Source: Microthyrium microscopicum
Taxonomy: Eukaryota
DNA length: 64,000 bases
NCBI GenBank assembly: GCA_010405405.1
Contig: MU004245.1
Coordinates: 251,256-315,255 of the forward strand
Direction of reading: 5' to 3'
Positions 51,220 to 61,164 of the stretch are shown here, piece by piece. The notes beneath the pieces were generated by a model that was not told the origin of the DNA, did not search any database, and saw only the letters and a list, made by a program, of their open reading frames with translations. Positions within the stretch are counted from its first letter, which is position 1; every line of letters starts with the position of its first letter. The translations under genes and the position numbers were made by a program.

Positions 51220-52860
51220 CAAGATCTTCTTCTTCAATGTCTCGGTCAAGCCAAGGTCATCAACGAAAAAATTGTTTGCCTCAGCCAGAAGTAGTGCAAT
51301 ACTAGCCAGAGTGTAGGGCTCAAAAATTGCTGTACTAATACATTATACCCCCGAGGCAGGGAACCAGCGGGTGTATAGGAAAAAGAAGAAAAAGAGGAAG
51401 AGATGGAGAAATCAGGGCAGTTGCTCAGGCTTTATACCCCATCGCTAAGGGAGATAATCTTAGTCATCATGCATGAGAAAAGGCAAGAGCTCCGGAACTA
51501 GTCGTACCATAGTAAGTACCTTGAGATAATGAATGGTCTGACACCAGACAACCTGAGAAGCTGGCGAGAAGATCTTCTTCAATGTCTCGGTCAAGCCAAG
51601 GCCATCAATGAAAAAAGTGTTCGCCTCAGCCAGAGGCAGTGCAATACTGGCCAGACAGCGAGTCTCAAAAATTGGTCTTTATACATTAATACGAACTGGG
51701 CATTGGGCCAGCAGGGTATGGAAGAAAGAAGAAGAAGAGTTAAAGAATCTTGGGGAGATGCTCAGGCTTTATACCCTTGCCGAGGCGACTGTCTGACCTG
51801 TATGGCGAGGTAGTAACTCCCGAGCTTGCAGTACAATGGCAAGTGCATTGAGATAGCGAATGGTCTGACCTCAGACAACTTTGGAAGTTGGCGAGAAGTT
51901 CTCCTTCTTCAATGTCTTGGACAAGCCAAGCCATCAACGAAAAAGTGTTCGCCTTAGCCAGAGGTAGTGCAAGACTGGCGAGACAATGGGTTATAGGCAT
52001 AAAGTAGCAAGCTACCACTATGCGTTTTCCCCGTGTCCTAAAAAATTTGGAAAAGTCTTCCGCAACGCAAAAGGCTGTATGGGTGCTGAAGAAAAGAAGA
52101 AGAGTTGAGAAACTTGGGGGAATGCTCAGGCTTTATACCCTCCACCAAGCAAGCAATCTTAGTCATCTTACATGATGAGAGAGACAGTAGCTCCTAAGCT
52201 TGAAACCCATATGGCAAGTACATTAAGAGGACGATTGGTCTGACAGCATGCGATTTCAGAAAATGTTCTTCTTCTTCAATGTCTTGGTCAAGCCAAAGCC
52301 ATCAATGAAAAAAAGAGCGTTCGCCTTAGCTAGAGGTAGTGCAAGACTGGCCAGACAGTGGGTTCAAGACATGAGATGCGTTTTTCCCGAGTCCCAAAAA
52401 ATCCGTAGGATTAGATCCCACAGTTGTATGAAGAAGAAGAGGAAGAGTTAGAGGAACTGGGGATATGCTTAGGCTTTATACCTCTGCCAAACAGACAATA
52501 TTAGTGAGAGGCAGTTGCTCATGAGCTTGGAGTACTAATGGCAAGTACATTGGAGGATAGGTGGTTCGAGATCAGACAAGTTCATAAGAAGGTCCTTCTT
52601 CTTCAATGTCTCAGTCAAGCCAAGGTCATTAATGAAAAAGAGTATGTTCGCCTGAGCCAGAGGTAGTGCAATACTGGCTAGACACTGGGTCCAAGGCATA
52701 AAATGCGTTTTCCCCGAGTCCCAAAAAATCGGATAGTATTCAGCTGTACGTAGCAGCGCGGCGGTCAGAAGAAGAGGAAGAGTTTAGAAGCTCGGGGTAG
52801 ATCAGACTTTATAGCTCATTCAAGGAGAGAAGCTTACTCATCGAGTATGTTAAGAAGCAG
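51220..52860. repeat. Degenerate tandem array of five ~330-370-bp units
   Basis: Core CTTCTTCAATGTCT(C/T)(G/A)G(T/A)CAAGCCAA...GCC(T)nAGC(C/T)AGAnGnAGTGCAAnACT recurs with CAATGT at 51235, 51580, 51910, 52277 and 52604. Each is followed by a GAAGA-rich tract and CTTTATA. Confidence 0.92.
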
Positions 52861-54324
52861 TAACTCGCGGTATCTGAGGTGCAGATGGGAGGCGCATTGA
52901 TCGCGACGAACGAACAGACCATATCAGACGATTATACGTAATCAACAGCAAGAAAAAGGCGAGAGGTGGAAAGTGAGCATTCAGACAGCCATCGATCGCC
53001 GATGAACTCACGATATGGCGGAAACGTGAGCAGGAAGAGCATTCGGTAAGGGAGGAGCCTCTTTACATGGAGTTTCATATCGCCGGCCAGCAGACAACAT
53101 ACGATGAACAGAGGCAAATGGAAACTGCGAGTATTGGTGTTTCGGCAATCTTCTACGTGATATCGTAGAAGACCAAGCAAGATGCAACGGATGCTTTGAG
53201 GATGATTGGCTTTTCAAGATTTTTGGGCGGAAGGTGCAAACTCCTCTCTGACCATCAAGCCAGGCTTGCGGCAATTGCGTATTGTCGGGATTCGGGCTCT
53301 CTGCCATGTCGATGGAGAGGAACATTCCGATGTTCAGCATTTGTTCGTTCTGCACCTGCCCTAATGTTTTTGCCAACGTCAGAGTTCCTTATAATAGGAC
53401 ATTGCCAGTCATCGAAGCGGAAGCAGCATCTATGCTTTGATAAGAGTAGTGGCCAGTACATTCAAAAAGTACGACAGCATCAATCCAAGCTCTTGAGAAA
53501 ATAAATCTGAGTTGCAAGTACACTGGAGGTGACAATTCAAAATGTGGTTATAGCAGTCTGGAGCGATGCAGCTTTGTAGAGGCGGGATGCAATAGACAAT
53601 GTCTCTTCCTCAATCCATCGCGCAAGGCAATAGAATCAATGAAAAGAACAGAATGGAGAAAAGGTACTTTTCAAAGAAGTAGACAAAAATTCTCAGATGA
53701 TCACGAAGACCATTTGAAGTGTTGGTAAAACTGTGTAGTTTTCAATTAGCAAAAACAAGGGCTCAGACGAATCTTCACAGCCTATGTACTGCCCTTGCAC
53801 TGAGATGTGGGGAAGAGAGAGAAGGAGGAAGGGAAGCTGGGGAGCAGAGACTAAATACCCCCCAGATGGAAAGAGTGGTACGCTAAGGAGAATGTTGATG
53901 TTGCTTGCAGTGATGAAGATGCCTACTTGAACAGGAATAGCGCCGGTTAGGCTCGACGGTACCATCAGAACTTCAAATGCGGAGTATTGGTGAAATAAAA
54001 AGTAAGGTTGGTGTTCAATACTGGAACCGAAGAGTTACTCTAGAGTACTGAACCAAACTTGACATCTGAAGCCAAGACTGATGATAGAGTCTTAATGTGA
54101 ATTGCTTGTGTGCTCTGCTAATTGTCTCTGAGACGATGTTCGTAATATTCTCAATGTCCTAGATGGTACTCACATCATGGTTGGATATGACAGTTTAGTG
54201 TATGGAGAAACAGTTCCTGGATATGGAAAGGATGGTGTTATCAAGTCGGATTTGGGAGTCACCAAGAATTAGCATTATTGAATCTCAGCTCGAATTCCAC
54301 CTCTGAATCAACAGTGATGACATT

Positions 54325-56427
54325 TCAACTAAAATCGAGAAACAGTTCTTCTCCACCAAAACCTGTTTGAGGGGGTAGGAAATCTTCGAAATATCTCCAG
54401 GAAACATCATCTGTCTCAAATCCGTGAGGCTCTGGGTTAGCGCTCGGAGACATCAATTGCGGCTCGAATGGTCTTGTGTTTCGTGAATCTTCTTGATTTG
54501 CTTCGGATTCTCTGGCTCTCTTTCTTGTGTAGGAGTCTCCGGCGGCCGCCTTTCGATCTAATTCTTTCATGAGAAATGACAACAACTTTATTCCACGCGA
54601 AGCAATCATGCTCATAGGAAACCCAGAGAGATGATCTGAAGCTTCTATCGCAAGAGCTTTGTGATCATTATATTCTGGTTCCACTGTTTGACGATGGAAA
54701 GCGTCAAGACACAAGATTATAGCAGCAGCTACGACAAACGCTTGTTCGATCCACAAGACAGGTCCATGGGTATCTGATGCGGCTTGAGCTTCATTGATAA
54801 TCGTCTTCGAAGCCGCAATGCATGTCCTCCGCGTAAATGAAAACGTTGAATTGGTAAAAGAGGGGCCGAGGAATTTTCTATGAATCATAATGATCTTGTG
54901 GGCAGCACATAGGGCCAACATCCTCCGTGCCCAGGGAACAAAGATAGGCCAGCTCTCCGGTAATGGCGAGTGATTGGATAGAAAAGTAGGAAGCGAAGCC
55001 TTAACAAGTGCTCTCATCTTCTCATCATAGAGCAAAACCTGCTCGTACTTTGTGTACAGTGTATTTGAAGACGCCATTGCCTCTTGCAATTGAGGCATTA
55101 GCGCAGCAATATCATAGAGATAGTTACAATAGCTCGTCATCGTCGGTATTTGTAACGGTAGCTCCTGGGTGCTTGAATCATTACAATTTAAAGGCTTTGC
55201 TGTATCGAAGTGTTTGGGATTCAGAGTAAAACTCTCAGAAAATGGAATCGAAAACCAACTTTGAGTACAGAGTTGACACCAGATTCGGCGTCCAGTCTCT
55301 CTTTTTATTCTTCTTGCAGCTTCAACTTCCCCGTCGGCTGTTGGTTGTATGCTACCTTCAGCAGGACCGACCGAGCTTGCTTGCTCCTCGCCTAGTCTAT
55401 TCAGGCCCAGAGACTCAGCGATCCGATTCGCGGCTGAAAGTAAGACAGATTGCGTATTGGATTTTCCGATAGTGTGTGCAGATATCGTTAAGCTCGAAAG
55501 GGCCTGTACTGAGTATATCGTATGCTGTTCCATGTAATCGGATAGGTTTAAACAGGTGATGGTGGCATTGTACCACTGATTTGACAGCTTCAGTCTTTCT
55601 TCCAGTTGAAAGCCCCAGTGGTTTGCAGAATTGTCTGTTGCACAAGTGATTGCACCTGTGAGGAGAGAGAACAGGAGGGCCACCCACTGAAGATTGACGT
55701 CAAAATGCTTGACATTGCCTTGATATTTGGTATAAAAGTCATCCAACTCATTTTGGAAAACAACTGTATTGTAGGATCCATGATACCATACAAGGCAAAC
55801 ACTATGAAAGTCCACCAATTGGTAGACATGCTTCTTTGAGGGTAATAGGGTTTGAAGCATATCTAATTGCGGATCTTTGATGGACTTTGTGAGGAGCGGG
55901 AGCTGCAAACTTGATGTATTACTGACTATCGGGATATGCCTTCTAGGACCACTCTCATTTTCAGGAGAGTGATGGAACTCTTGATCTTTTTGGCGGCCCC
56001 AGGCGAGAAACTCCAAAATCGTGGCGGCATCGTCACCATGTGCTTGCTCTTGGATTACATGGTGAGCAGAAGCTGGTAGATCGATATCAGGTACTGGCTG
56101 TATTGACCCTGTTCTCCTCGAATGAGTGTTTCTCGAAGATTGGAGGCTTGAAATCAGGGAAGCTTCGGTGGGAGAAGGGGAATATTGCTCAGTCGGTTCG
56201 GTCGATTGGCCTGGATTTCTTGCTGCTGTGGGCGATAGGAATCTGATTGATTGTGCCTGTAGTTGGGCTTCCAATTCGGCATTCCGACTCAAAAGCTTCT
56301 GAACTTCATCAGGGAGCTTTCGGGAGCATGAGGACTGCTCTCCGCGCTTGGTACAGGGTCCGCAGGGCAGGTTGAGATCGCATTTGACTTTCCTCTGATG
56401 GCAACTGGAGCACGAAAGTCGTACCAT
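54325..56427 (-). CDS. Zn(II)2Cys6 transcription factor with fungal-specific TF domain (probable cluster regulator)
   Basis: MVRLSCSSCHQRKVKCDLNLPCGPCTKRGEQSSC; middle homology region AESLGLNRL...RETGRRIWCQL; intronless from ATG 56427. Confidence 0.92.
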   Translation of the reverse strand: MVRLSCSSCHQRKVKCDLNLPCGPCTKRGEQSSCSRKLPDEVQKLLSRNAELEAQLQAQSIRFLSPTAARNPGQSTEPTEQYSPSPTEASLISSLQSSRNTHSRRTGSIQPVPDIDLPASAHHVIQEQAHGDDAATILEFLAWGRQKDQEFHHSPENESGPRRHIPIVSNTSSLQLPLLTKSIKDPQLDMLQTLLPSKKHVYQLVDFHSVCLVWYHGSYNTVVFQNELDDFYTKYQGNVKHFDVNLQWVALLFSLLTGAITCATDNSANHWGFQLEERLKLSNQWYNATITCLNLSDYMEQHTIYSVQALSSLTISAHTIGKSNTQSVLLSAANRIAESLGLNRLGEEQASSVGPAEGSIQPTADGEVEAARRIKRETGRRIWCQLCTQSWFSIPFSESFTLNPKHFDTAKPLNCNDSSTQELPLQIPTMTSYCNYLYDIAALMPQLQEAMASSNTLYTKYEQVLLYDEKMRALVKASLPTFLSNHSPLPESWPIFVPWARRMLALCAAHKIIMIHRKFLGPSFTNSTFSFTRRTCIAASKTIINEAQAASDTHGPVLWIEQAFVVAAAIILCLDAFHRQTVEPEYNDHKALAIEASDHLSGFPMSMIASRGIKLLSFLMKELDRKAAAGDSYTRKRARESEANQEDSRNTRPFEPQLMSPSANPEPHGFETDDVSWRYFEDFLPPQTGFGGEELFLDFS

Positions 56428-57092
56428 TGTTAATGAAAACCAGGTCCGATATGAAAGCCGCAAGAGCAAGGTGTCAAACGCGTGAACCGACGCGTTCCTG
56501 TGAATCGTGAGTCTGTGCTGTGCGCCACTTAAATGGAACACCGAGCTTACGGAGTCTGGTCTTTTGCCGAAGATTAATCTTGAAGCTTTTGTTCTGATTT
56601 CTCAAGCCGATTTCAGGCAGGCAATCTTGCGCTTAGAATGTCTTGAGGGTCGATGCCGCGCTGGAGTAGGAGCGCACTGGCCGAAGCAGCTTCGGCCAGG
56701 TCCGCTGGACTGCTGTCAGCTAGCGACGGCGATGAGAGACCCCACCGTCTACCTAGGTACCTAGTACGCAATATTGTTCATCCCTCCTATCTGTACTAAA
56801 TGCAGAGCTTAGAGCAATGCGCAGTGCTGGCTACCTATTGAAAGATCCAGACTGTGGCTTGACGTCTATCCGGTCTCTACGCGACCGCAAGAATCGCTTC
56901 ACCAAGCTGACATATACGGAGTAGGCGTATCAAGGCACAATCCTTTGATTTGGCCAGTCAACTTTCCTCATGGGATCACCGAGTTCGGAAGTTCTAGGCT
57001 GGACTGAGGTTATTATCAGAAGCATCTGCTCGGGTTGGCGAATTGGGAGATCTGGAAGCTTATCGCACCAGTAAACTTGAATTGGACCTGGT

Positions 57093-57104
57093 TCGGAGTT
57101 CCGA
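57093..57104. promoter_or_regulatory. Putative Zn2Cys6 binding site TCGGAGTTCCGA (CGG-N4-CCG)
   Basis: In the divergent TF/dioxygenase intergenic region; 11/12 identical to 60798-60809. A second CGG-N4-CCG lies at 57125-57134. Confidence 0.55.
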
Positions 57105-57336
57105 GCGACAACCTCGAGGGTGTACGGAACCCCGACAACTGGTTGTCAGGAATTCGCAGGATGATCTATCACTCTACCCAAATATACTAACTAAACTTAC
57201 CACGGTCACACCTACAGTATGTCTGAGTATAAGAAGGATAGGTAAGCTTGCAGAATGAACATTCCTCGCTCAACAAACTCAATCACATACTCATTACTCT
57301 TCCAGCTTATCACCAAACGAACTCTCAAAGCTTGTA

Positions 57337-58389
57337 ATGGCTCCAACCAAATATTCCACTCGACGGATTCCTACCATCTCTTTGAAAGACTTTGACAACA
57401 GAGTTGACGAGATCACTCAAGAACTTGTGGAAGCCTCAGAAAATGTCGGCTTTTTCTGCATTGTTGACCACGGAATCGCCCGCCAAACAGTGGACCAAAT
57501 GTTCGACAACTCCGCCCGTTTCTTTAACCTAGAAGATTCAACCAAATCACATATTCCCTTCTCACCTCAAAGAAATGCGGGTTGGGAGAAGAATGCGCAG
57601 ATCAGGCCATCCACTGGCGCTGTTGATCGAAAAGAATCCTATCAAATGCAATTTGGAGCCGGAATGGAAGGTCTTTGGCTTAACGAAACCGAGCTTCCAG
57701 ATTTCAAAACAGGATCATTGAGCTTCATGCATCAAGTCCAGGCTGTCAGCGAAAAGCTCATGACTTGCTTTGCTCGCGGACTTAGATTTGAGGATGACTA
57801 CTTTATCAAAGCTCACGACATAAGCCGTCCAGATTCTCAAACTGTCACCAGGCTCTTACACTACTTTGAGACTCCAGATACTCCAAACACTACTGGAGAA
57901 GTCTTTCATAGAGCTGGAGCACATACAGATTGGGATTTCCTCACTCTTCTTTTCCAGAAGGCCGGTCAGTCTGGACTGGAGATCTGTCCCGGCCGAGAAG
58001 TTAGCACATCTTTTGGATATGGAGATGTTTGGACCAAAGTCGAGCCCGACATTGAATCAAATGCAATCGTTTGCAACATCGGAGATCTGCTCATGTCCTG
58101 GTCGGACGACAGATTCAAAAGCACTTTCCATCGAGTCAAAGCCCCTTGTGAACCTGGTGACTACTATGGCGAGAGATATTCAATTGCTTTCTTTAATCAG
58201 CCATGCAAAGACGCTAAGATCCAGGGACCCCTCAAGAAGTACCCATTGGTCACAGGAGCAGAATTCACCAAAAATGCTATGGCTCGCAACTTTGCTGCGT
58301 TACAAGCAAAGATTCACAAGGAGGAAGAGACCAAGGTTTCACATGATAACCCCATCAGAGCCAACACAGCTGTCAAAGCCAGTGCTTGA
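57337..58389 (+). CDS. 2-oxoglutarate/Fe(II)-dependent dioxygenase (IPNS/DIOX_N family)
   Basis: IPTISL, ENVGFFCIVDHGI, RLLHY, AHTD (HxD), NIGDLLMSWSDDRFKSTFHRV (distal His) and RYS (RxS 2OG-binding) motifs. Confidence 0.93.
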   Translation: MAPTKYSTRRIPTISLKDFDNRVDEITQELVEASENVGFFCIVDHGIARQTVDQMFDNSARFFNLEDSTKSHIPFSPQRNAGWEKNAQIRPSTGAVDRKESYQMQFGAGMEGLWLNETELPDFKTGSLSFMHQVQAVSEKLMTCFARGLRFEDDYFIKAHDISRPDSQTVTRLLHYFETPDTPNTTGEVFHRAGAHTDWDFLTLLFQKAGQSGLEICPGREVSTSFGYGDVWTKVEPDIESNAIVCNIGDLLMSWSDDRFKSTFHRVKAPCEPGDYYGERYSIAFFNQPCKDAKIQGPLKKYPLVTGAEFTKNAMARNFAALQAKIHKEEETKVSHDNPIRANTAVKASA

Positions 58390-58875
58390 AGGAGTAATAT
58401 GAGATGAGTTTTTGATTGGAATAGTTTGAGACATGAAATCCTGAACTCCATATGCATTTTAAAATATTTCAAAATTCCGATGTTCATTTGCCTTACCAGT
58501 GCGTAGTCGTCGTTAGGGTGCTTCGTGGTTCGTTCTTGACTTCGTCCCCTTATTGAACCTGACCCATTTCTGTCTTGAAGCTGTAGAGTTGGTTGAAGTC
58601 CCAGAAATACATATTTGTTGGCTTCGTCAATCGTGTCCTTCATAGCCAGCCTCGGGAGAATCCGGTGACTGCTCCGAAATAATCAGGTTACTTTTGACAT
58701 ACTCTGCTCAAAGAACGAATAGACCAAACGCCAACTCGAAAGCTTTCAGAAGCGGTAACATCTCCTGCTGACTTTAGGGGTTTAGTAACACTGAGCTTGG
58801 GTTTCTTATTTGACGTAAAGCGTATGTTCCAGGATTTTATGGAAGAATAACGATGTAGATCGGAAATATTTATAT

Positions 58876-60371
58876 TCATATGTAGTTTATGTTCATATGG
58901 TTCCTCGCACCAATACCTGATCTCTTCTTTATGCCTGCGATGGAGTCTCGAGCTTGCTTGATGATGACCTTCTCGTTGGCGTGTAGTAGCTCACCATCAT
59001 CGACCACCATAATTCCATCAATGACGACCTTTTCGACATTTGTTCCTGTGCAGCCATGGACCAGCAAAGTGATTGGATCCATTCCACCGACAGCACCATT
59101 TGGATCCCAAGGTGCGCAATCTGCAGAATCTGGATTGACAACCACAAAGTCGGCCTTTTTACCGATTTCCAGACTCCCAATCTCGGCCGCCAGGCCTAGA
59201 GCTCTAGCACCATTGATAGTGGCCATTTCCAGTACATCATAGGCTGTGATGAGCCCGGCACTTTCTCTCGCTCCAGAGTGAAGGATTGCGGCAAGATGCA
59301 TTTCACGGAACATGTCGTATGTATTGTTGCAGGGAGCTCCATCTGTTCCTAAAGAGACATTCACATTGGCTTTGATCATGTCAGGTATAGGAGATATTCC
59401 GGATCCAAGTTTGCAATTACTTGTTGGATTATGAGACACTGTGGTGCCTGACTCTCGCATGATCTCAAAGTCTGGATTGGGATCAGGGTGTACGACATGG
59501 GCCAGAACAGTCTTTTTGCTTGTCAATTGAGCTTTCTTGCAAAATTCCAGTGGACTGCAATTGTATTCTGAGTGAAAAATTGGACGATCTGCAGGAGCTT
59601 CCGCGCAGTGCATTGTCATTCCTATCCCGTATTCATGAGCTGTTGATCCTATGGCTGCATGAGCTGAAACTGGTGAGCCACGCGGAGTTCCAGCAGCAAA
59701 CCAAATGTGTAGTCGGTCATTGAAATGGCCATGGTAGGTCTTGTAAGCCATCAGAGCTGCTTCGATAGACATAGAAGCTACATCTTTGTCTCGTGCATCG
59801 TTCAGTTTCAGATTCGCGTTGGTTTCGGTTGTTTTGATCAATTTTCCCTGAATGATCATTAGCTCACCAGCTACCTTTTACGACGATGGACGTGACTTAC
59901 AAGGCAGGCTCGTACACCCAATTCTCCAACGGCTCTAACAACATTCTCTATCCCGCTTCCGTGTGTCAACATTGCTTCCAGGAAACAAGTGGTTCCAGAT
60001 TTGAGCATTTCGGCGATCGTCAATCGTGCTGCTACGTAACCATCATTGTCTTGGTAGCTAGCTTCCAAAGGCCAAATGGCATCGCACAGCCAAGAATGCA
60101 GAGGGAGATCCTCAGCCAGTCCCCGTAGTAGTGACTGAGCGAGATGAGCATGAGTATTGATGAGTCCAGGGATTATGATGCGGTTACTGCAGCTGATAAC
60201 AGTTTGAGGCGATCCAAATTCGGAAATGATCTCAGACGTCTTTCCAATGGCTTTGATGACACCGTTCTGAACCAAAATCGCTCCGTCCGAAATAACGTCT
60301 CTAGATTGATTGACAGTTATGAGGGTGGCGTTAAAGTACAACACACCATCTGGACGACCCGTGGATACCAT
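58876..60371 (-). CDS. Metal-dependent amidohydrolase, MTA/SAH-deaminase / Atz-Trz (COG0402-type) family; intron 59848-59900
   Basis: PGLINTHAH (HxH), IWPLE, EMLKSGTT, MHCAE (HxxE), LAHVVH, LGTDGAPCNN (Asp) and GSLEIGKKAD motifs. Confidence 0.92.
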
Positions 60372-60797
60372 CGTAATGGGCGTCTAACTTTGAAAAATAA
60401 TAAAGAGTAACAAGCGTTCAGGGGGATATATGTAAAGTAGTTGTGAACGATTTCTGTCTTGAAAACAAGTTGGTAGCAGGCGATTTCGTCTGCTTTGTTC
60501 TTTTTTCACTAAGAACCTCTGAAGCTTCTCAATGATTTCGTAAGTCGATTCAATTTAACCCTCTGAGTCCATCGTGCGGCACGACAGTCGGTCACAGACC
60601 TATTTGGTGAGGACCTCCATGTAAGATATGGGTTATGCCCGGAGGCTGCCGAAAATCCAGCTTCGTTGGCGGGAAAGAGACTACCTAGGATCTATCATCC
60701 AGTTACCAAGTACTAGAATGGGTCTAGACTACCCTACCATTCCTCCGAAATACTCGATTGAATCTGTTCTGCTGCATAGAAACGTGGGTTGTGGAAC

Positions 60798-60809
60798 TCG
60801 GAGCTCCGA
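60798..60809. promoter_or_regulatory. Putative Zn2Cys6 binding site, perfect palindrome TCGGAGCTCCGA
   Basis: Near the middle of the divergent deaminase/permease intergenic region; matches 57093-57104. Confidence 0.55.
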
Positions 60810-61164
60810 TGCTGCCTGGGTTTGATAAGCCGGACCTACCGAAACATGCCACCCTTGAGCCCCTATCATTCGGATTTCGAGGCTCCAATTACTTGTTTAC
60901 CGCACCAATCTACCCGGTTAGCAGAACGATAAGAGACACTGTTCGCGATGGATTGAAAGCTGTATTCAATCAGTGTATCTTGTCCATCTCGGCTTCTATG
61001 GCGCCATATCACCATGCATCTAACTTCCTTCAGGAGGCCGGTGCTTTCCTATGGGGTGTGTACCGGTGATAGAGAAGCATATATAGAATGAAAAGATAAC
61101 TTGTATCGGTAAATGAAAGATCGTCAACAAGCTTCTCCAAGTTTTTGAATCGTCCAACTTCATC

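Noticed and set aside
51220..52860. CRISPR-like or snoRNA array
   Set aside because: Eukaryotic context, units of ~340 bp homologous along their length, no cas genes, and C/D boxes not conserved or in the right order.
52932..53965. ORFs of 68-122 aa between the array and the cluster TF
   Set aside because: Overlapping on both strands with no recognisable domain; cannot be supported as genes.
56428..56541. N-terminal extension of the cluster TF in the ORF track
   Set aside because: Non-ATG start; ATG 56427 directly precedes the Cys6 cluster.
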